Source: an uncultured Gammaproteobacteria bacterium (lineage in GTDB: Bacteria; Patescibacteriota; Microgenomatia; UBA8517). From it: a stretch of 64,000 bases of DNA. The position numbers and the translations under genes are program-made. The stretch is from the NCBI GenBank assembly GCA_964600575.1, contig CAZRJH010000004.1, positions 70,711 through 134,710 of the forward strand, read 5' to 3'. Each line of letters begins with the position of its first letter. Within the stretch, counting starts at the first letter, position 1. The notes beneath the pieces were generated by a model. That model was not told the origin of the DNA. It searched no databases and saw only the letters and a list, made by a program, of their open reading frames with translations. Positions 19,357-29,500 of this stretch are shown here, piece after piece.

Positions 19357-20114
19357 AGTAAATTTAGTTTCTCGAGTCTTATCCTGATGCAACTAGTCAT
19401 ATACTCAACCGAGTCTCGGGCAAAATGTTTGATATATTTAGGGTTAAGGGAAATTTTTGATGTACCTTTGGTTCTGGGTTTAAAGTCGGTTTTAAACTCG
19501 TAGATCTTATCTGTCAGCTCTGAAGATGCATATATCAAATAATTAAAAAAACTAAATCCTTTGGGGAACCTTGAGAAGTCTAACTTTTTAACAACATTGT
19601 TAACATTTAGAGCCTTATAGGCGCTGTTGTGATCTTCTACCAGAGTAACACCTGCAACTATTTTTGCAAATAAGTCATTTGCTAAAAAATGAATCAGTAG
19701 TCTGTATTTTGGCCAGGATGATAGATTGGTTATACGTCTACTACCTGCAACCACATCCCATCCTGAGTCCAGTTTTTTAAGTATTTTGGGAATTTCCTTT
19801 GGACTATAAGAAAAGTCTGCTTCGTTTGTAACAACATAGTCTGCACTTAACTTTTTTTGAGCATAGACGAGACCTCTAATCACTGCTGCCCCCAGACCTT
19901 CTTTTTTACCTGAAAGAAGGATTATTTTGCGGTTTTTGGATGATATTTTTTTTACAATATCGCCGGTTCCGTCGGGGGATGTGTCGTCTACAACCAGAAT
20001 TTTATATTCGTATTTGGTTAACTTTTTAAATATTGAGTCTACAAGAGCTAGCATATCCTTAATGTTTTCCGACTCGTTGTAAGTGGGGATTATATATACG
20101 ACTCTTTTTTTCAT
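19353..20114 (-). CDS. GT2 polyprenol-phosphate glycosyltransferase (DPM1-like)
   Basis: IIPTYNESENI, VVDDTSPDGT, GLGAA, EADFS, DVVAGSR, PRTKGTSK. Confidence 0.9.
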   Translation of the reverse strand: MKKRVVYIIPTYNESENIKDMLALVDSIFKKLTKYEYKILVVDDTSPDGTGDIVKKISSKNRKIILLSGKKEGLGAAVIRGLVYAQKKLSADYVVTNEADFSYSPKEIPKILKKLDSGWDVVAGSRRITNLSSWPKYRLLIHFLANDLFAKIVAGVTLVEDHNSAYKALNVNNVVKKLDFSRFPKGFSFFNYLIYASSELTDKIYEFKTDFKPRTKGTSKISLNPKYIKHFARDSVEYMTSCIRIRLEKLNLL

Positions 20115-20497
20115 TGTGGTGTGTATGGGCCTTGTTTTATTTCTAGTATTCTTGTTTGTTTACTGAATGTTACAGAATGAATTACTTCCATAATTAAAAC
20201 CCCGTCATTCTTTTTTAGAATATGTTTAGATATCATCTTTTTATCTTTAGAATAAAAAGTTATTTTAAGGCTTCCTTTAAGGATTATCAAAATTTCGTAC
20301 ACAGGCAATCTATTAAGTGTTTTTATGGCTTTATGAAAATGCGGTTCGTTGCTCTTCGCGGCGGTTGATTTGTGGAACCCTAGTTGTAAAAAAGATTCGA
20401 TTGGTGTTAAAAAATATGAATTTTGTTTATCCGGAAACCCTCTAAATATTAGCGCAATTTTCTTTTTTTTGTGTAAGACAACCTCTTCTTTATACAT
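20111..20497 (-). CDS. Small cupin-fold protein of sugar-biosynthesis clusters
   Basis: PHFH...EILIILKG...HSV...EIKQGPY. Confidence 0.75.
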   Translation of the reverse strand: MYKEEVVLHKKKKIALIFRGFPDKQNSYFLTPIESFLQLGFHKSTAAKSNEPHFHKAIKTLNRLPVYEILIILKGSLKITFYSKDKKMISKHILKKNDGVLIMEVIHSVTFSKQTRILEIKQGPYTPQ

Positions 20498-20514
20498 TCA
20501 AGCTGAATTATATA

Positions 20515-21240
20515 TTAATTTTTTTGAGCCAAGACTATTACTGATGTGCCAAATGGAAAGTTGATATATTTAAACAAATAGGCCTCCAAGTTGATAATCC
20601 ACAAGAATATTGTATTTATAATTTTGTTTGTTTCGAATACATCAGAGGTTTCGGATTTAAACAGATTGTCTAATATTCTCCTTTTTAATAGTACTACAGG
20701 GAATAGTGACATAAAGATATAACTGGACCTTACTATCTTAAAGTTTTGAGAAAGAATTATTTTTTCCATATCACTTTTTGTATAGCGTGCTTTTCCTTGA
20801 GTTGCTATGTCGTGGTTTCCTGCAAGAAAGGGGAATGCGGAGTCGGTTATTAAAAGATATCCTTCTCTTTTTAGTACCTTAAATGCATTTTTAATTACCG
20901 TTCGCTCATCACTTATATTTTTATGATAAAGAACATCAAAAATTGTTATTAGGTCAAACTTCGGTTTTTTAAAAGGAATTCTGTCAACCGAACTTATGAG
21001 TACTTTTAATCCTCTTTTTCTTGCTAAATTAGCCGAATATCGGGATTTTTCTATACCTGTAACATTCCCAAACCTTGTAAGATGTTTAGTTAAGCCACCA
21101 GTACCCGAGCCTAAATCTAAAATTTTTGCGTCTTTTTTGACTAAATCGGAAAGTATTTGATTTATAAAAAACCTTTTACCGATGAACCAGAAATGTTTGT
21201 CTTCTACCCTGGCCATCATTTCGTATTCTCTTTTTTTCAT
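20515..21240 (-). CDS. Class I SAM-dependent methyltransferase
   Basis: EDKHFWF, ILDLGSGTG, FDLITIFDVLYH, LKREG, PFGTS. Confidence 0.9.
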   Translation of the reverse strand: MKKREYEMMARVEDKHFWFIGKRFFINQILSDLVKKDAKILDLGSGTGGLTKHLTRFGNVTGIEKSRYSANLARKRGLKVLISSVDRIPFKKPKFDLITIFDVLYHKNISDERTVIKNAFKVLKREGYLLITDSAFPFLAGNHDIATQGKARYTKSDMEKIILSQNFKIVRSSYIFMSLFPVVLLKRRILDNLFKSETSDVFETNKIINTIFLWIINLEAYLFKYINFPFGTSVIVLAQKN

Positions 21241-21247
21241 AGTTAAA

Positions 21248-21256
21248 ATTATATCA
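21248..21256 (-). promoter_or_regulatory. Extended -10 promoter, probably leaderless
   Basis: TGATATAAT on the minus strand, ending 7 nt before ATG 21240. Confidence 0.55.
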
Positions 21257-21346
21257 TTAGCCTCAGTTTGTGTATTTTTTATATATAATAAGTCCGATAA
21301 TAAGCCTAAATATTTTTATTATGGATAAAATATTTGTTTATTTTTA

Positions 21347-22303
21347 TTATTGACATCCCTGAGGCCCTGTTGAAACTGCAGTGCATCTGTATCGGCTGTC
21401 GGGGCTTTCGCCACAGTCGCCGCAACCTTCCTCGTGCCATGTTTGAGTTATACAGACAGCACCAGTTTGTCCGCAGGAAAATGTAGCTCCCGGGTAATAG
21501 TTGATGTTGTTGGATCTGCATGCCGCGTTATTGTTTTTACAACTTCCTGTACCGTGCTGACCGGTCCATGTTGTTAGGTTGGGAGAGTAGTTATAAATAG
21601 TGCCACACTTTGACGAAGCTGCATTGCAATTATAATCAAAACTTCCGTCGCCTCTATTTGCACCCCCGCAATATGTGGACCCGGGTTTTGCATTAGCATT
21701 ACTGTCGTAGCAGTCGGTATTGTTTGCTACATACCCTGCGGGTTGACCACAGTTTAAAAGGCTGGAGGAGGGATTTCCATATCCGTCGGCATCAACATCT
21801 CTATACCAGATGGATGATACGCAACAAACATTGTTTTCTCTAAAATCGTTTACATCGTTACAATCAGAGGCCGAATATGATTTCATTAAAGATAATCTTC
21901 GTTTGCCTGAACCTGTTGCATCAAAAAGTGTAAAATTTGCCGGCCAACCGTCTGCATCAGAGTCTGCAATAAAAATAGGTGAAGAAGTTTTTACTAATCC
22001 GCCGTTTTGGATTGCCACATTGCCACCCGAAAACAAAATTGAACCTGCTAAAAGTTTTCCGGTTGAGTTGATAGTTATTGAGCCCGGAGAGGTGATCGTT
22101 AATATTCCCGAGTTTGATGTAGATGTTTCGGAGATGTCTGCATCTATTCCGTCAACTGCGGATACGGTACAGGTTGAATTCCAGGTAACATTTTTTGTTT
22201 GAACGGTCATGGAGGAGTAAAAGTTGCATGCAGCCAATGTGCTTTTTGCGGATAGTAAAGTTAGCAAGACAAAAAACAAACCTAAAGCAAGAATTTTTTT
22301 CAT
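21347..22303 (-). CDS. Secreted Cys-rich protein with putative metal-binding (MopE-related) repeat
   Basis: Signal peptide; DSDADGW and WYRDVDADGYGNP...CGQPAGYVANNTDCYDSNANAKPG...DYNC motifs; Cys-rich tail. Confidence 0.75.
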   Translation of the reverse strand: MKKILALGLFFVLLTLLSAKSTLAACNFYSSMTVQTKNVTWNSTCTVSAVDGIDADISETSTSNSGILTITSPGSITINSTGKLLAGSILFSGGNVAIQNGGLVKTSSPIFIADSDADGWPANFTLFDATGSGKRRLSLMKSYSASDCNDVNDFRENNVCCVSSIWYRDVDADGYGNPSSSLLNCGQPAGYVANNTDCYDSNANAKPGSTYCGGANRGDGSFDYNCNAASSKCGTIYNYSPNLTTWTGQHGTGSCKNNNAACRSNNINYYPGATFSCGQTGAVCITQTWHEEGCGDCGESPDSRYRCTAVSTGPQGCQ

Positions 22304-22373
22304 TTTAAAAAATTCAATATATCGAATATACGAATATGTTAATATTTCAAGTTAAACCTTGGAGGAAGCCAAG

Positions 22374-23594
22374 TCAATAGTTTTGTGTATTGTAACCGTC
22401 GACTTTGTAAGTTTTGTCTGATGCAATGTTTTTTTGGTTTGAACTGATTTTCGGGCATTGCACATTCAGACAGACCAAAAAGACTTTATCTGGATTTTGG
22501 ACAATTTCGGAAAAAGACTCGGTGCTAAAGTTATCTATTCGAGTAAATTTCCGGCCTGTATGTTTTTCAATCTGGGCCCATAAACCGGCCTCAATAAGAG
22601 TATTTCTTTTGTTATCTTTTAAAACTAGCATTTGAAAACTCGTTGCTTCTGAATTCAACACTATATTTTCGGAAATATCCCAGATTTTTCCTTGTGAAAT
22701 AAAATTGTAATCAAGAAATGCCCCTTTGCTTATCAATAGAATAAAGATAGGTATTATTAATATTTTTCCCAAGGCTGTTAAATTTGATCTTGTGAGTATT
22801 CCGACTGAAATTGTAATAATTAAAAAATTAAAAGCAGTTAAATATCGTAAAAACCCTCCCGTGTCATTTAGACTACCTGAGTTGAACGCGACGAATTCTG
22901 ACTCCGATTTTAAAAAATCCAACATGACGGGGTAATAACAAATCGTTAATAGTAGAGCGGATGCCAGTAAGCATCGGAGAATAGATTTTTCTTTCTTAAT
23001 AAGCAAAAAAAGAAAATATAGGCCAAGATACAAGTATCCTGCATTGTAGATGATGCCCGCAGTCGTCAAAGACAAAGTAGCGACTATATGAAAGTACTGG
23101 TTGGCTTCCTTTTTTGTACCTAAAAGTAAACCAAAAAATATTAATGGCAAATTTAAGTAGGATCCCCAGTAGGCTGAGGCAATGTCAAGAAAAAATCTGG
23201 ATTCGACTAAGGAAAATATTGAAACAAGACTGCCAAAGTAGCCGAATTTATTTTTTAGAATTAAAAAAAGTAAAAACAGTGAGTAAGACAGTATTAAAAT
23301 GTTAGCAACAAAGAATATTCGAATATCGTCCCAAAGCCTAACTAAATATGAGCACAAATAGAAATAAATTGGGCTCGATAATCTGGTATTGGTAAAATTG
23401 GAAGGCGGGCCTCTGGCAATTTTTTCTTCTGAAAAAGCTAGATGACGACCAACCAAGTAGTCGCGCCAAGTATCTTCGCGGATTGTATCAAAATCGTTTA
23501 TATAAGTTGCAAAAATCGAAGATATTCTTGTAACTATTAATAGAGCCAACAAAATAGGCAAAATCCGGAGCAGGATTTTGATTATTTGTTTCAT
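22374..23594 (-). CDS. Polytopic membrane protein, GT-C/ArnT-like
   Basis: Start 23594 by ATGA overlap with the giant-gene stop. EDTWRD...RGPPS...PIYFY pattern and multiple TM helices. Confidence 0.65.
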   Translation of the reverse strand: MKQIIKILLRILPILLALLIVTRISSIFATYINDFDTIREDTWRDYLVGRHLAFSEEKIARGPPSNFTNTRLSSPIYFYLCSYLVRLWDDIRIFFVANILILSYSLFLLFLILKNKFGYFGSLVSIFSLVESRFFLDIASAYWGSYLNLPLIFFGLLLGTKKEANQYFHIVATLSLTTAGIIYNAGYLYLGLYFLFLLIKKEKSILRCLLASALLLTICYYPVMLDFLKSESEFVAFNSGSLNDTGGFLRYLTAFNFLIITISVGILTRSNLTALGKILIIPIFILLISKGAFLDYNFISQGKIWDISENIVLNSEATSFQMLVLKDNKRNTLIEAGLWAQIEKHTGRKFTRIDNFSTESFSEIVQNPDKVFLVCLNVQCPKISSNQKNIASDKTYKVDGYNTQNY

Positions 23595-26500
23595 TCCGTT
23601 TGTACTATCCACCAGTTAAAGTTGGTGTCTTCCTGGATCGGGCTTGTGAATCCTACTTTAAAGTATCCGTTGCTCTTCTCTTTTACATAAAGAACATTGT
23701 TCAAGGTGTTCGAAGTAGGAGTGATATATACAAATGTATAGTCGTTAACTTTGGGATTTCGGATTGTTATGTCTGTGGTCCCGCCCGGAAGAACGCCTTT
23801 GCCTACGGTGGAATTTGTGCTTATCTCACCGTTAACTACGGCTGAGCTTGTTGCATCTTGGGCCCCTGCAACTATTATTTGCGAAACATTAACCGAGTTA
23901 AATGTTGCGCTCCCGGAAGCGTCAATTGTAGAAACCGAGTTTCCGGTTGTGTCTTTGATAGCGAGTGTAGATGTCGAAACTGTTCCGGCTACATCCAAAT
24001 TGCCAGCGATACTTACATTTCCGTTTGTGTCAATGTTAACTAAGCCTCCCATTATTTCCACCGGGGCCAAAGCCAAATCTTGAATCTTAAGAGGCTCGGA
24101 TAGTGTGTCGATTCCTGATGCTGCAATCACCAAATCGTTTCCGATTGTTATTGTTTGCGTAACCGAAAGGGAATTAACCGCTGCTTGATTGGTAACATAT
24201 AGATCCGATACCGCAATCTGTCCGAAAGATGCAGAGGATGTTGCTGTCTGTGTGTTCCAGCTTTGCGATTCAGACAAAAGAACTTGATCTGCCTGAACCT
24301 GGGTTAAAATATCTCTTATCTGGTCGAGGTTGTCGGAATGAATGTTTCTTGCATAAAGTTCACCCGAGAAAGTTGCGTCTCCTGTTGAGGATATGGATGC
24401 AACTTCGGTTCCTTCGATGTTTGTTATGGCCAACTCTCCACTTTCTGTTGCACTGCCCAGCTGAATCGTAATATCTGTTTCCTCTGCAAGCGGGGAAATA
24501 AGTTTGGTTTTAAAATCAGGTGCAACTAGCTTCATAGAAATCAAAGCATTCTCTGCCGCAATTTGTGTCGCCTTCAAACTGTCGGTTGCAATTTCCTGAG
24601 CTTGGAGTGCGCCTGTTTTAATGTTGGCTGCTACAAAATTACCAACAGCTTCTATTCCTGCAACAACTTGTCCGCTTGCATCCTTAACAACATAGGTTGC
24701 AATCTGTGCTCCGTCTGCGACCTTTTCTGTCACAAAGTCGGTTAAGGCTGTTACTTGCAAGTTTTCTGCGAAGTTGGTTACAACATCTGCACTATTAATT
24801 ATAAAACCGACAGCTTCGCTTTCTCTTGTATTCAACCAGTTTTCTGCATCAAACCTTGGGCCTGTTAGTCTGTATGAGATTTGTGCAGGTAGGGCAGAGT
24901 AAATATTTAGTCTTCTGTTTTCTGAATCAACTTGATACCAAACTTTTGTCGGGAAGTTGGGAGTCAAAAGTGCCACAAGTTTATCGATATTTTCGTTTAT
25001 ATTTGTTGTTTTTCCGAATAGCCATAGATCACTTCCTTCGGGTTGAGCATTAAAGTCGATTGATGTTCTGTAACCGATTCCCGGGATATATTCTGAAGTC
25101 GCGAGAGATCCGGTTACTTCTTCTTTTACTCCAACCAAACCTCCCATGTATGTTGCATATTTTTTACCGTTGATTGTGTATGGAGGGTCGACGGTACCGA
25201 CATCAATTTTGCCCGTTCCGCCGCCTACGGTAAGATCCGTACCCGAATTGTCACCCAAGGTGACATCGCCGTTATTGGCAACTCTGAATTTAAGTACGCC
25301 GGATGCCGAAGCGACTATCAAATCTCCGCCTTTGGCATTGTTAACGGCCAATGCTGGTTCACCAACGTTTGCCTGGTTATCAATTATCCAGCTTCCCGCT
25401 GACAAAGTGTTCTCCAGAGCGGAAGTTGTTGCACAGGCGGCGCCGGATTGACCGGTACAAAGTAGTATAGATGCTGTTCCATTGGTATTGGATATGTTTT
25501 TGCCGTCTAGATAAAGTATACCGTCAACTTCCAAGTCTTCATTTATAAGAACGTCACCAGCGCTGGCTAGTGCGTGGTCGCTTGTGATATCGGAAGTTGC
25601 AAATCTTGAGAAGGTTCTGGTTGTTAAGCCGGTAACACTACCCACAAGCAGATTTTTTGTTACACCCAGAACACCTGCAGTTCCCGCATCGTAAAGCTGG
25701 GCTAGGGTGTTGGTTCCGTCGTTGAGTGTCAATGTTCCGCCGTCTCCAATTGTAACCAGGGGAGTAGTATCAACAAATTGGAGGTCTGTATCCCAACCCG
25801 ACCCGATTATGAATGCCGTTTCTGTACCTGCCCCAGCGCCTGAAAGGTTGGCGATATTTACACCGTATTCTGTTATTCCGCTCCCTGCAGATGTGGGGTT
25901 AACTTTGAATCCGGAAACCTGACAGGTGCCCCCAGAACATCCGGTTAGTGTGGGGGCTGCAACATTAAACATATTGAATTCTTTTGTTCCTGTTGCTCCT
26001 GTTGTGTTCAATGTGCCCGTAATATTTATGCCGTTAACGATTGAGTTGCCGGATGTATTGGAGGAAGTGTTGCTTAAGGCGAGGTTCACAAGTGATCCGG
26101 TTGCTGCTGTTGTCTCGGTGTATATTGCCGAGTTGATATCAATTACATTACCGGTAGTTAGTGCGTTACTGGCAACGATATTCATAAAGTCTCCGGTGGT
26201 TAGATTTGCAGAATCGGTATATGTCATGGCGTTGGCAGTTGTTGACGGGCCAAAGTAGTTGTAAGTAAAGTTGCCGTTACTATCAACAGACATTGCTGGT
26301 GTTTGGATTGTTTCACCGGTTGTTGAGTTTGTGGTGTTGTTGTAGGTGTTGTATACCTGGAAGACATTGTTAACTGTCATTGCATTTTTAACCGCAGTCG
26401 GACTGGTGAGTGTGGCCAAGGTGGAGTAGAGAGATGAATTGGAAGTTTCCATCCAATTTTGTGTTACGGCAGAACCGTTTTCTCCTGTTATAGAAAGTGT

Positions 26501-29500
26501 AGCTTTTGTTCCACATTCATCTGAGCCCGAGTTGTAGGCGATACAAGCAGATCCGGAAATGGATATAGACGATACATCGTTTGATGAGTATTGAGTATTG
26601 GTGTCAGTAGTCTTTGTTGTATTAGCCGTGCCGTCGTAGAGATCAATTGCTGAATCGCTATCAACCCCAATCACTGTAACTCCACCGGTATTTGTGGTTG
26701 CGTCGTTTATACCTACGTAAATTGCACGGTTACTATTGTCCAAGGTTACTGCAGTAACCTTGTTAGATGTGGTTGTACCCCCAGATGCGTTACCCATCAA
26801 TCTTTGATAGTTATCAACTCCTGTCACTCCTGCTATGCGGGAGGCCGTGTGGTTAAGTAGTGCTCTGGAACCTACCTGGTACATTCTTTTTACTTGGCTT
26901 ATCGATAATGCTTCTGCTGTTATAGACATATCGTCCAAATCTCCATTCCAGAAATTTGCACCTGTTGCACAGGCGGCTCCTGTTGAACAATCTGCGCCAA
27001 CTCCCATTATTACTCCAGTGCCTGTTAAAGTTCCCGTTGCGGTTAACGATACATCAGAGGCCGCAAGTTGTCCGTCGATATAAAGTGAAATTGAACTTGT
27101 GCCATTTTTTACAGCTACCAAATGGTGCCAGGTGTTATCCAAATAGGTTGTTGTGGTTGTAGCTTGGTCGTCTGTGGGATCGGCATTGGTCCATGTAGCA
27201 TCATCATCGATGCCAAATGAGATTGTACCTGTAGAGTTCATCCAAACTTTCCAACCTAAAACCGCAGCCGGGGTGGTGTTATAAGTGTGATCGATTATTA
27301 CATCGTCGTTGGGTGCTGCCGGGGGAGCAGAAACTGAATGCTTAAACCAGGTTGATACAGAGAAAGAACCTGTTCCAAAGTCGTAATCGCTGTCTGTGTC
27401 GCAGGTGTTGTCGTTGTTGGCATCGGAACAGAAGAAATCATCGGTGTTATCAAGCGTAACACCTGTTCCGCGGACACCCGAACCGTATGTGAATCCTGTT
27501 CCGTTGGCGTTGTCTGCATCTAAAACATTTCCCTTTACGGAAATATCTGTAGCATTGGCGTTGTCTGCAATTGATCCGCTTCCGTTGAAAGGCCACATTG
27601 CTCTAACATCTCCCGTCATGTCATCGCCTATATAATCCTTTGTGTAGTATTTTGCAGAACCGTTGCTTTCGTCTCCTTTTTTGTCGTTAACAACAGACAA
27701 ACTTCCGGTTGTATCGTTGGTTGCTGATGCAACATAGATGGTGTCTGATTTACCGTCAACTGCGGATGTTCCTGTTGCTACAAAAAGTGCATCCGGAGCA
27801 ACATTTATTATTTGTGCTGAAGAGAATAAATAAGGACCGGCGACAGCAGCTGCACCTGCGATTTTTACCCCCGTTTCGTCCCAGGCAACATCGGGGGTTC
27901 CGTTTAATTCGCTTCCGGAGTCCGTTACAACAGAGTTCCATCTTTCCAGCTGTCTTGATGTACCGTTTAATGCGTACAAGTCTCCGCTGGTGCTAAAGAA
28001 TGTGCTTTGGTACACATCGCTTGTTACATCTGAGTAGCTGTAAACAGTATTAGTTGTTTCGTTAATTACAGAGACCCCAGTGTTATTTGCTACTGCGACA
28101 AATGTTTTGCCGTTGAAAGTGATTGCATGGATGTCTTCTACCGTGCCGTTAGATATGGGGGAGGACGGGCCTGTTGTCCAGGCAACGGTTGAATTTCTGT
28201 TTGCAATGTTTTTGTCGCCAAAGTAATCGTCGGTAGCGTTGTATCTTTGAGCTCTATCGTTTTTGAAATCTATAACATAGAGTCCGCCAGAACCGCCGTT
28301 GTTTCCAAGATAAACTTTACCGTTAAGGGCAAAGATTGAAGAACCAGTGGATCCTGTCGAAGGCCCGATCATTTGTTCGGTTGCTCCCGAGCCCTTGGCA
28401 AACTCCATCCACATTGTGTTGTCTTTGGCATCAAAAATATACAAGCGTGAGCCGGAGACGGTTAATATTGCCTTTTGGGGGAATTCTCGTTTTCCGCATC
28501 GGTCGTCGCTGTCTAAAGTACATGCAGTTCCGATAGCTTGATCTATCGTTTCGTTATACCAAGATGATGTTTTGGCGCGTTCATCGTTTGTCCATATACC
28601 GCCATCTGTATCTTTAGTTGTGTCATAAACATATGTGTTAACTGCGGTTGTTGTAATTGCTTTTTCGTCTTTCTGGCCTGCAATGTTCTCGTCTGAGTTT
28701 GTCCAGGCAAATCCTGTCCTGTTTGCATCACTTGCTAAAGCCAAGAAGTTACCGGATGTGAGAGATGTGCCTGAAACATCAATTATGTTTTGCGTAGTTG
28801 CTCCGCTATTTACATTTACAGTTGTTGCAACTGCGGTATTTCCGACATTTACTGTATCCGCAGAAGTTCCGCCTGTGGCTATATTTATTGTGTCGGCTCC
28901 TGTACCTGTTGCAATGTTTAATGCATTCCCGCCGTTACCAGTGCCAAGATTTATCGCTGTATAAGCGGAGTTACCTGTGCCCAAATTAAGGGCGGTTGTC
29001 GCAGCTCCACCCAAAGACAAAGTTGTTGCATTTGTATTGAATATAGTGGCGGGACCCGATCCTGTTGTGGTTATGTCGCTTCCGTTTACTGCAGCATCAC
29101 CGTTGGCTGTTATGTTTCCCGAAGCGTCAACTACAAACATTGTTGCAAGAGAGTTGGTTGCATAGATAAAGTTACCTGTGAACGAACCTCCGCCTGTATT
29201 GTCAAAATCAAAGAATAAACCGTTTCCTGTAAAGTTTTGTGGACCGGATTCTCCCAACTTGATTATATTACCCGAAGTTATGGCGGAAGCTGTTGCCTCG
29301 AATAGATTGCCTGTTGTTATAACGGTTGAGTTGATCTTTGCTATATCACCGATCGCATTCTCAATCCCGAATACTTGGAATGCGGAATTGGTCGCCGTTC
29401 CGCCGATTGCCAAATCATAAGTTGAGTTGGCAGGGGAGAGAATTTTGTTTTGCAATTGCCACCAACCTTGAGTTCCCGTTGTTGCTGTTGTTGTGATAGC

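Noticed and set aside
22323-22337. CGAATATA-CGAATAT short tandem
   Set aside because: Only two copies in AT-rich intergenic DNA; cannot be distinguished from slippage or chance.
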